Source of the DNA: a virus
Lineage: Duplodnaviria; Caudoviricetes
Reading direction: 5' to 3' (one strand)
Length of the DNA: 43,113 nt
IMG/VR virus record: IMGVR_UViG_3300017565_000026
Coordinates: 1 to 43,113 of that record
Both the position numbers and the translations under genes were made by a program. Every line of letters starts with the position of its first letter. The first letter of the stretch is position 1. Under the pieces are notes generated by a model. The model searched no databases. It was given only the letters and a program-made list of their open reading frames with translations, and was not told the origin of the DNA. Positions 1 to 7,251 of this stretch are shown here, in pieces.

Positions 1-40
1 GTCCGGCCCCTCAAAGGCCCAAACTTTCGACCGCCCCCCT
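1..40. other. Genome end, half of the putative cos packaging region
   Basis: On the - strand it reads ...AGGGGGGCGGTCGAAAGTTTGGGCC...GGCCGGAC. It lies after the HNH gene and, on circularisation, before terS, the usual cos position in HK97-like phages. Confidence 0.55.
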
Positions 41-341
41 ATGCAGGGAACCTCACGTTCGACGCATTGCACATCGAGTGGATCTGGCCCACCAAGCTGA
101 ATGGCAAGCAATCCTCGACCGCATGGTCTACCCTTATCGGAAGAGATGCGCCCATCAGCTCATTCAGATGGCAGGGCTGGTTCACCACAACAATCCGACA
201 CCGATTGGCGACCGCGTCACCCCGGACAGAACGCACCATTGACCGGACGTAAGCTCGCATCGAAACACTATGAACGACAACGAAAGCGCCCGTTTCAGGC
301 AGCGCCTGCACCATGGCTTTCGTCAAGCCCTCACCACGCAT
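39..341 (-). CDS. Hypothetical protein
   Basis: 100 aa ATG-start ORF co-oriented with late genes; no recognisable motif. Confidence 0.5.
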   Translation of the reverse strand: MRGEGLTKAMVQALPETGAFVVVHSVSMRAYVRSMVRSVRGDAVANRCRIVVVNQPCHLNELMGASLPIRVDHAVEDCLPFSLVGQIHSMCNASNVRFPA

Positions 342-360
342 GGTACGCCTCGCATTGCTA

Positions 361-759
361 TCAATTGAAAATGATGCGGGTCAGATGAACCGCCGCCTTG
401 CTGTTCAAGCGGAGATCCGCCGCATTTAGCAGCCCTTGCTCGTACTGACGCTCCAGCTGCTGCTTGACGATATCGTGGTGCTTGGTGCAGCACGGTTGCC
501 AATTGGCTTGATCCCAGAACAGGACATCGTCGCCCTTGTGAGGAATAATGTGGTCGACAACGGATGCCAGCTCGACCCGATCGACAGCTTCACAGCCGAT
601 GCATAGCGGGTTATCCCGCTTGAAGGCTGCTGCAGCCCTGTCCCATCTTGCTGTGTAGCCCCGCTCGCGGGCGCTGCCCCTTCTCGCCTCATAGTCACGT
701 TGCGATTGCTGCACCGTGCCCAGATGAGAAGGCCGGAAGGATTTCGGCTTGGAAGCCAT
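361..759 (-). CDS. HNH endonuclease, terminase-associated (HK97 gp74-like)
   Basis: RGSARERGY..W..CIGC..VVDHIIPHKGD..LFWD..NWQPCC..HH motifs; next to the cos region. Confidence 0.9.
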   Translation of the reverse strand: MASKPKSFRPSHLGTVQQSQRDYEARRGSARERGYTARWDRAAAAFKRDNPLCIGCEAVDRVELASVVDHIIPHKGDDVLFWDQANWQPCCTKHHDIVKQQLERQYEQGLLNAADLRLNSKAAVHLTRIIFN

Positions 760-959
760 CACCGGATCCGATTGATAATAACCCGCTCAATTTTGTTCGA
801 GCGTAACGCCAGTGATAGCAAGCCATTGCTTGAGGTCAGCACAACAGACCTCTGCTGTGGTTTCCTCTTACGCGCCACGCCCAGTATGCGCAGGAAAGCC
901 CGACGCTTCATAATGGCCTCACATATGGTGAAATGGAAAGAGCGCCTCGCGGCGCTCAT
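759..959 (-). CDS. Small basic hypothetical protein
   Basis: 66 aa ORF filling the gap upstream of HNH; start uncertain. Confidence 0.3.
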   Translation of the reverse strand: MSAARRSFHFTICEAIMKRRAFLRILGVARKRKPQQRSVVLTSSNGLLSLALRSNKIERVIINRIR

Positions 960-974
960 TGTCGTCGGTGAATA

Positions 975-1075
975 TTGGACATAGCTTACGCACTGGCCCT
1001 GAATCGATGTCTGCCATGCTGGCAGTCAGGGCGGGGTCCGAGCGCGACCACCTCAGGAACTAGTCCCCACGTTTT
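975..1075 (-). promoter_or_regulatory. Structured late-operon leader, candidate antiterminator loading site
   Basis: Nested inverted repeats GCCCTGA(996-1002)/TCAGGGC(1026-1032) and CTGCCA(1011-1016)/TGGCAG(1020-1025) just downstream of the NusG-like gene. Confidence 0.45.
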
Positions 1076-1129
1076 ACCGTGTATCGAGGTTCACTATTCA
1101 TACCGGATCATCCCGTGACCGGATTACGT

Positions 1130-1786
1130 TCATAAAGGTTCGAGAATTGCAATAGGCACCGTCATGGCAACCGGTCTGCCCATGACCGAAACCTCGACCA
1201 CAACCAGACCATTTCCTTTCGAGCCGCCAGAGACCAACTCAGCACGGCACCCGGCAAATGGGCCGTCAGCAACCCGCGCCCATTTCACACCAATGAACCT
1301 GCGATGGAAATGTTCATAATCGTATTTACCATCTTCCGCTTTCGCTCTGAAAACAAAGACCTTTTCAGCGCTGACAAGAAATGGCGTCTCGTACCCACCG
1401 AGGATGGAAATGACATGATCGAAGCTCAACAGACCGGCAAGGCATTCGTTCAAAACTGCACAGCGTACCAGCACATAACCATTCATGACGGGCTGCTGTT
1501 TGGCCGGAATGACTCGATGCTGTCGACGAACTACTGGACCCATTTTCATGGGGACAAGCACTTCAATATTCTCACTGCCGAGCGCATCACGTACCGAAAG
1601 TTCGCGTCCTGACACCACTTGAAGCACCAGCCACGGAGAATCATCGCAGACGCGATTCGCTGCAGCGGCCCTCATTCGAGCTACCCGTCGGCGCTCAGAC
1701 AGCACCTTGTCTATAGCTCTGCACTGGTCAGTAGTCGGCTGCATTGATAGCGCCGCGTCGATCTGCTTGCGGTCAATTGCCATCAT
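1130..1786 (-). CDS. NusG/RfaH-family transcription antiterminator (late regulator)
   Basis: NGN domain (WLVLQVVSGRE..PVMNGYVLVRC) plus KOW motif (ARVADGPFAGCRAEL); occupies the Q-gene position. Confidence 0.85.
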   Translation of the reverse strand: MMAIDRKQIDAALSMQPTTDQCRAIDKVLSERRRVARMRAAAANRVCDDSPWLVLQVVSGRELSVRDALGSENIEVLVPMKMGPVVRRQHRVIPAKQQPVMNGYVLVRCAVLNECLAGLLSFDHVISILGGYETPFLVSAEKVFVFRAKAEDGKYDYEHFHRRFIGVKWARVADGPFAGCRAELVSGGSKGNGLVVVEVSVMGRPVAMTVPIAILEPL

Positions 1787-3011
1787 GTTCACCCAATCCC
1801 CTCAAAGCAGATTCAAATTCATAAAGCGCGTCAGGCCCGCCTTTTGGGCAGTAGACAACTGCCAATCGATCAAACTCACCTGGCCAAGGCCATGCCCTTC
1901 GCCTGAATTCGTCCCTCCATGCAGCCAGCATTGTCGTGTCTTGCGGCACAGGCTCCATCAGGGAAGCCGCCTCATGCCACATAGCCGGGAACACAGCCCC
2001 GCCCTTCTGTTGCTGGATATCCCGGAACCGGGCTATCGCCGGCCATGCCTTCACAAGCTGCGATTTCGGCAAGAATGAGCTGCGAGCCAATTCACGATCA
2101 GCAGGACCATCGAGCAAATGTGCAAACATTCGGGCCAGACCCACCGGGCCAAGGCAGGAAGCCCAGCCGTCCGGCTTGCGTTCCTCGCTACGCGAAGCCT
2201 GCGCCTTGACGGTTTCCACCCGTTTCAGAATTTCAGGATCCAAAGCGGTCCATGTGCGGTCCCGCAGGAAATTGCCTACAGCTTGCGGGCTTTTCTTCCT
2301 TGCGGCCACATCCAGCAGATAGGCATCGCGCCACTGTTCGGCCTTCCGCCGCTCTTCCGGTGTCAGGCTGGCAAAACGCTTTGCTATCCAGTCCAGTGCA
2401 GCGCCTACGTCCCAGTCCTTCCAAGGCCCAGCAACAAATCCGGTGCCGTTGCAGAACCGGGCAACACGTTTCTGGAAAGCGGCAGACGCCGGATTGTCTT
2501 CTGCTGGCATCGCCACTGCATCATTCCCTCTTTCCTCATTTTCGCTCGCGCGCGCCTCTCTCTCTTCGTTAAAAGGGGTTGTTAAAGAGGGGTCGTTAAT
2601 AGGTGCCGGTCCAGAACCGGCAGGGGGTGCCGGTTCTAGGGCGGCAGGGGGTGCCGATATACCGGCAGGGGTGCCGACATAGCGGCAGGGGTCATCGGCG
2701 TCGGAAATGCTCGTCACATCCAGGTGCTTCGGATCAAGAACGACCCGATACCAATGCGCGCTATCGCGCCCGCTGTCCGACTCTTGGACGTGACGCTCCA
2801 AATAACCGGCATCCACCAGACGATTGATCGCATCGAAAACGGTTGAACGGGCGCAGCCCATCTCGTCCGCCATTCTCACCTGACTGCGCCGACACCAGCC
2901 CAGATCATCGGTATGCCTGCCGAGGACGCAAAGCACCTGCAAGTCACGAGGTTTCAACGCCTTGTCGGTGGCCGCACGGGCCGGAATAATGGAAAGACGT
3001 GGCCCGCTCAT
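1773..3011 (-). CDS. Phage replication initiator with N-terminal HTH
   Basis: LQVLCVLGRHTD..GWCRRSQVRMADEMGCARSTVFDAINRLVDAGYL winged HTH; Pro-rich linker encoded by iterons. Confidence 0.8.
   Translation of the reverse strand: MSGPRLSIIPARAATDKALKPRDLQVLCVLGRHTDDLGWCRRSQVRMADEMGCARSTVFDAINRLVDAGYLERHVQESDSGRDSAHWYRVVLDPKHLDVTSISDADDPCRYVGTPAGISAPPAALEPAPPAGSGPAPINDPSLTTPFNEEREARASENEERGNDAVAMPAEDNPASAAFQKRVARFCNGTGFVAGPWKDWDVGAALDWIAKRFASLTPEERRKAEQWRDAYLLDVAARKKSPQAVGNFLRDRTWTALDPEILKRVETVKAQASRSEERKPDGWASCLGPVGLARMFAHLLDGPADRELARSSFLPKSQLVKAWPAIARFRDIQQQKGGAVFPAMWHEAASLMEPVPQDTTMLAAWRDEFRRRAWPWPGEFDRLAVVYCPKGGPDALYEFESALRGLGEHDGN
2565..2695. repeat. Iterons of the putative replication origin
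   Basis: Palindromic CGGCA-G4/5-TGCCG units at 2618-2632, 2642-2656 and 2663-2676, a partial copy at 2683-2693, and GTTAA repeats at ~2568-2600; inside the rep gene like lambda ori in O. Confidence 0.7.
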
Positions 3012-3066
3012 TGAGCACCGCCTTTCCAACGCACCCACGCGTTAGGCCGAAATACCTGTCCAGCCA

Positions 3067-3582
3067 TCAGTTGCCCACCTTTCTCCATGCCTCGAAAGAT
3101 GCGCGCAGGGATCGCCACCGATCCGCCGCCGCGTCATCCTTGTTCAGTTCGCTTCTGGATGTGATGCCGAGGATTGTGCGCAACTTCTGCGCCGCCCGTT
3201 CGGCGGTTAAAGGCCGCTCAAGGCCGTGCTTTTCTTCGAGAAACACCTTGAAAGCGGCGTCATCGCACTTCATCGCCGCTTCCGCCGCGAAATCCTTGCG
3301 CTTGCTCCGATATTGCTGTCGCGGCGTTTCGTGACGCGCCTTCGCGATTGCCCGGTCTACAAGGCGCAACAGAAACGCGACCATATCCGGCGCGTTAACG
3401 AGGAAGTCTATTTCATCTGGCAGCGCGCCCGGATGAAAACGGGCTATTTCGTTGAGTTCGCCTTTTGGCGTGCTGGCTTCTAAAAACTCGCCGCGCGCAT
3501 CAGCGGACCGAAACCATTTCGTCTCGGCCAGCGCCGCCATACGGACTCTAATTCTGCGCAGCTCCACAGCCTCGGTGCTCAT
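3067..3582 (-). CDS. Phage hypothetical protein
   Basis: Coupled to the upstream gene by ATGA overlap; C-terminal AAQKLRTILGITSRSELN motif typical of phage replication-region genes. Confidence 0.65.
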   Translation of the reverse strand: MSTEAVELRRIRVRMAALAETKWFRSADARGEFLEASTPKGELNEIARFHPGALPDEIDFLVNAPDMVAFLLRLVDRAIAKARHETPRQQYRSKRKDFAAEAAMKCDDAAFKVFLEEKHGLERPLTAERAAQKLRTILGITSRSELNKDDAAADRWRSLRASFEAWRKVGN

Positions 3583-3926
3583 TCTGCACCTCGCCACTCG
3601 ACAACATGCAGACCGAGATAGTGGGCAAGCGACAGCTCAATCCCCGCACCCTTCGATGTTTTCCAGCCCGAAAGCAGCACGATCGTATCGGCGCACTGGC
3701 ATAGAAATGCGCAATGCGCGGCCATCGCATCCCGAATGGGATACTCTTCCATTGGGCCATCAAATGGGAATTCAGCCGGGTTGTAGACGTAATGGCCGCT
3801 CGCCCGTAGTTCGCGAGCGACACGGTGAAACGCCGGATAATTGAATTCCGGTAGACCCGTCATTGGACCGGATAAATAGATGGTTTTTCCGCGCTCGCCC
3901 GCGCGCACTGGCGGACAGCCTGTCAT
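3579..3926 (-). CDS. DUF4406 / nucleoside 2-deoxyribosyltransferase-like protein
   Basis: IYLSGPMTGLPEFNYPAF..YNPAE..CADTIVLLSGWKTSKGAGIELSLA signature. Confidence 0.8.
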   Translation of the reverse strand: MTGCPPVRAGERGKTIYLSGPMTGLPEFNYPAFHRVARELRASGHYVYNPAEFPFDGPMEEYPIRDAMAAHCAFLCQCADTIVLLSGWKTSKGAGIELSLAHYLGLHVVEWRGAE

Positions 3927-5104
3927 CGCTCTGGCCCCGCAGCTTCATAACCCCAGGCATCCCAGCCGGGACGCGGCGAACGGCAGAACAGTTCAAGCTT
4001 TGGAACATCGGGATAAAGCCGCTCGATCTGCTCGGCGAACCATGCTGGCTTTGCCGAATGCTTGCCCTTGCGCTCGCGGTGCACTGTTTCAGGCTGGGTA
4101 CCAGCCAGCGGCGCAGGCGGGTTACCGCGCTTGCCGATCAGCAACAGTTCATGCCGGTCGCGGCCCCAATATCCGGTCCCTGCGACTTCCTTGTCCCAGA
4201 TCCAGTGATGGACATAGGTGAAGCCCCAAGCCCGCATGACCCCAACCGCGTCCAGCAGCATCGGATTGGTGGCCCAGAGAAAGAGCAACGCATCGGGCGT
4301 GAATGGTGAGCCGATCTCAGCAAGAAGGCCGGATATCGACGCTATATCCATTGTCGGATAATGGTTTTCCGCGCTCTTTTCCCGTCCCGTTTCTTCCGAG
4401 TAAACCCCGAACCGCCATGGCGGATCAGCGTAGATGATCGGAAAAAGACGCTCGACCTTTCCTGGGGCCGTTTCCCTCCCCTTTTCGGCAACCATTGCCA
4501 TTGTCGTAAGCCGAACCGCATGGCGAACCTTTTGCTGCTCGGACCGAATTTTCTTGGCCTCAGCAACAATCGCTTTCTTTTCCTTCCGAACAACCCGCGC
4601 CTGTTCGGCATGCTGGAGTTCAGACAATGCCTCGCCCGAATGCACCGACACTTTGCCGGTACGGATCGCGTCAATGAGTTCCGGCGCACCATGTTCGCGC
4701 ACACGCCGAGCAGCCGTCACCGCACGTTCGGAAACAGATAGCTTTTCCGCCGCGCGTCGGGTCGGCAAATTTGCCGACCCAGCAGTGGCCTGATTAACAC
4801 CCCGCTCCCAATCCACGATCATCGCCGCCGCAATGGCGCGCTGGCTTTCGCTAAGGTGACGCCTGTGCAGGTTCTTCGACAGTACGAAGCTGAGAGGATC
4901 AGAACCAGTAAACTCGGCATAGACCGGATCGACACCGGCCAGACCGCAGGCGGCCTGCCGGTTGCGCCCGTCCAGAACCTTCCCCTCCAACAGTAGGATA
5001 GGCTCGACCTGACCGTTTGCAGCGATGTCAGCAGCGAGAACCTTCAAATCGGCTTCCGCGATCATCGGAAAAATGTCGGCGAGTGGATGCGACGGATATG
5101 TCAT
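3923..5104 (-). CDS. ParB-like domain fused to MT-A70 family N6-adenine methyltransferase
   Basis: N-terminal HPLADIFPM..EPI..VLDGRNR..KNLHRRHL; C-terminal IYADPPW, LFLWAT, HSAKP, LELFCR..GWDAWGYE. Confidence 0.9.
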   Translation of the reverse strand: MTYPSHPLADIFPMIAEADLKVLAADIAANGQVEPILLLEGKVLDGRNRQAACGLAGVDPVYAEFTGSDPLSFVLSKNLHRRHLSESQRAIAAAMIVDWERGVNQATAGSANLPTRRAAEKLSVSERAVTAARRVREHGAPELIDAIRTGKVSVHSGEALSELQHAEQARVVRKEKKAIVAEAKKIRSEQQKVRHAVRLTTMAMVAEKGRETAPGKVERLFPIIYADPPWRFGVYSEETGREKSAENHYPTMDIASISGLLAEIGSPFTPDALLFLWATNPMLLDAVGVMRAWGFTYVHHWIWDKEVAGTGYWGRDRHELLLIGKRGNPPAPLAGTQPETVHRERKGKHSAKPAWFAEQIERLYPDVPKLELFCRSPRPGWDAWGYEAAGPER

Positions 5105-5424
5105 GCCGCAACCCCGCGTTTCCGCGATTTCGCCGAAGCGGTCGCCGCCTTGGCCCGATGCCCTTCCAGCAGAAGAACGGCCCGTTCCAGTGTTGCCGCG
5201 CCGACGCCATCCGCCAGCGCCGTGGCAAAGCGAACATGCAAATCCAGTTCCCGATCCGAAACCGGGTTGCCTTGCTCCTGACCAACGCGGGCCGCAAAGG
5301 CCGCATCGAAAAGCATCTGCGCGAAGGCTGATGGCTTGTAGCCTTTCCTTTCGGCCATTGCGGTAAGGCTTCCATAAGCCTTGGCATTCAGGCGAACCGC
5401 AACCTTAAAACTTGACGGATTCAT
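5101..5424 (-). CDS. Hypothetical DNA-binding protein (ribbon-helix-helix-like)
   Basis: FKVAVRLNAKAYGSLTAMAERKGYKPSAFAQMLF fits an RHH pattern; good SD (GGAGG). Confidence 0.5.
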   Translation of the reverse strand: MNPSSFKVAVRLNAKAYGSLTAMAERKGYKPSAFAQMLFDAAFAARVGQEQGNPVSDRELDLHVRFATALADGVGAATLERAVLLLEGHRAKAATASAKSRKRGVAA

Positions 5425-5551
5425 ATGAACGAACCTCCGCGAGATAGATGACGACGAAAAATGGAGAAGCCGCCCCGAGGACACAGAGGGTCGCCAGAAG
5501 AGCTGCGAAGAAGAGGTCGTGTTTGCGGATGAAACTAATCATCGGTCAGCC

Positions 5552-5935
5552 TCACGACATGCCAAGCGCGTCCATGTAGAGCTGCAGCATCGCCTGCTCT
5601 TCCTGACGCTCGTGATCTTCTTTCTTGCGAAGGCGGATGATTGCCCGGACGGTTTTCGCGTCGAAACCCGAACCCTTCAGCTCGGCATAGACGCCCTTGA
5701 TATCGTCGACGATTTCGGATTTTTCCCCTTCCAGCCGCTCGATACGCTCAATGAAGGCGCGAAGCTGGCCCGCCGCGATAGTCTGGACTTCCGAGGTGAT
5801 ATTGTCGCCTGCCGTCGGAAGGACTTCGGGCGCATCCTGCTCTTCAGCCTCAATATCGACGGCCTTGGTACGCCTTTTCCCTGACTTCACCGGTTGGGTG
5901 CTCCACGGATCATATCCCTCCTGAGCGTCAGCCAT
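5552..5935 (-). CDS. gapR: GapR / DUF2312 nucleoid-associated protein homolog
   Basis: [58 protein letters not shown] is the DUF2312 signature. Confidence 0.9.
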   Translation of the reverse strand: MADAQEGYDPWSTQPVKSGKRRTKAVDIEAEEQDAPEVLPTAGDNITSEVQTIAAGQLRAFIERIERLEGEKSEIVDDIKGVYAELKGSGFDAKTVRAIIRLRKKEDHERQEEQAMLQLYMDALGMS

Positions 5936-6131
5936 GACCAACCACCTTTCCAGCACGAAGGCGCGAGCCACCTTCGACGGTGACCCGCGCTATCGCATCT
6001 GCTTTTTCAGGATATCGATTGAGGATCCGGCGCGACCTGTCGCAACCATAACGACCGACTGCCTGCCGCCAGCACATAACGCCGACATCACCATCGATGA
6101 TCAGGAATTTCATGCGCCAGCCAGCGATCAT
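5928..6131 (-). CDS. Small hypothetical protein
   Basis: 67 aa, overlaps both neighbours in operon fashion. Confidence 0.45.
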   Translation of the reverse strand: MIAGWRMKFLIIDGDVGVMCWRQAVGRYGCDRSRRILNRYPEKADAIARVTVEGGSRLRAGKVVGHG

Positions 6132-6604
6132 GCCCCTGCCTCCAGTCGGCGGACAAGATCGTCCATTACGCGCATAAGTTCGCGAGCTTCCTTGCCGATG
6201 TTCTTGCGCTCGGCGGCATCGATGCGGTTATCCGTCAGGGCTTCGATGATCGCCTGCGAAACATCCATCCCCTCTTTCATGATGCGCATCGCATCTTTTT
6301 CGGAAATAGGGACAGGCGACGCCGCGACACCGCTGCGAATGCCGACCGGCACCAGCTCGTAACCGAGGAGCGCAGCCATTTCCTTCGTAATCGTCGGCGA
6401 CTTGGCGGCGCGGTCAATCTCGATCGCCACGTCGATCGGCGCGAAACTGTCGGTGTTGTCCTCGCCGAAAGACGCGTACTTCGAAAGCTGCGAGGTTGAG
6501 ACACGAGTAAAGTCCAGAATGCGGGAAATGCCACCCGACAACACATATGCACCGTCGGTTGCAGCCTTAAGAGTCCGGCGTTCCGGCTCGGAAATAGTGC
6601 GCAA
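6128..6604 (-). CDS. Phage CII-like regulatory protein
   Basis: Downstream of cro; LKAATD..GG..VSTSQLSKYAS..FAPIDVA and EALTDNRIDAAER..KEAREL pattern of the phage CII family. Confidence 0.65.
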   Translation of the reverse strand: MRTISEPERRTLKAATDGAYVLSGGISRILDFTRVSTSQLSKYASFGEDNTDSFAPIDVAIEIDRAAKSPTITKEMAALLGYELVPVGIRSGVAASPVPISEKDAMRIMKEGMDVSQAIIEALTDNRIDAAERKNIGKEARELMRVMDDLVRRLEAGA

Positions 6605-6733
6605 GAGAACCTCCCTGAAACGTCAAGGAAAAATTTCGGTCAAAGGATTCGGTGAATTTCGCCAGCCCTACCGATAGGACTGTCTGGTCAAGTCAAACAG
6701 GTGGCCCGCAGGCCGGAGAACAACGAGATGAAT

Positions 6734-7204
6734 TCATCGCAAGCCCTCCGAAATTGCTGCCGGGGCGCATCTGGCGTCTCTCAAACCGTGCGCCCCGGCG
6801 CTTCCGTCCGACTGGGAGGAGGAATCGGACGAATGGAAACTGGTTGCAGGGACCGGAATCGAACCGGCGACCTCCGGGGTATGAACCCGGTGAGCTACCT
6901 CTGCTCTACCCTGCTCAGAAATAGCTGGAGCGCCGCTGGGGTTAGCGGGGGGCGACGACGCTCCAGCCTCACCCGCAGAGGAACCGACGGGCGAAAAATG
7001 CGGCTTTCCAAATACGTCAGGTCGCAGCAGGTGGCGGGAAATACCCGTCAAACGCTCCACATCAAGAACCCTCTCAGGCGGCACAACGAACCACTGGTTC
7101 ACCGCCTGCGGTGTGATGCAAAGCGAACGCGCCAAGGAACTGGCACCCCTTGCCCGGTCTTTAGCGGCCTCAAGGGCCATATGCATTTCGTCTCTGTCAG
7201 CCAT
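6734..7204 (-). CDS. cro: Cro-like / YdaS-family HTH regulator with long low-complexity C-terminal extension
   Basis: GASSLARSLCITPQAVNQWFVVPPERVLDVERLTGISRHLLRPDVFG; divergent from cI. The extension overlaps a tRNA and hairpins. Confidence 0.85.
   Translation of the reverse strand: MADRDEMHMALEAAKDRARGASSLARSLCITPQAVNQWFVVPPERVLDVERLTGISRHLLRPDVFGKPHFSPVGSSAGEAGASSPPANPSGAPAISEQGRAEVAHRVHTPEVAGSIPVPATSFHSSDSSSQSDGSAGAHGLRDARCAPAAISEGLR
6802..6838 (-). ncRNA. Cuckoo-type hairpin with CCUCCUCCC anti-SD loop
   Basis: The - strand reads CGUCCGAUU-CCUCCUCCC-AGUCGGACG, a 9 bp stem with the loop at 6814-6822. Confidence 0.6.
6841..6915 (-). tRNA. tRNA-Met(CAT), initiator-like
   Basis: Full cloverleaf: AGCAGGG TA GAGC AGAGGTA GCTC A CCGGG TTCATAC CCCGG AGGTC GCCGG TTCGATT CCGGT CCCTGCA A CCA. 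Unpaired 1:72 (A/A), three G:C pairs closing the anticodon stem, encoded CCA. Confidence 0.9.
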
Positions 7205-7214
7205 GCGCCGTTTT

Positions 7215-7250
7215 AAAGCATAGCTTTCATTGCAATGCAAGGGATACTTA
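7215..7250. promoter_or_regulatory. Operator pair between cro and cI (OR-like)
   Basis: AAAGCATAGCTTT (7215-7227) and CAAGGGATACTTA (7238-7250); matching pair with the same 10 nt gap at 8330-8365. Confidence 0.7.
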
Positions 7251-7251
7251 A

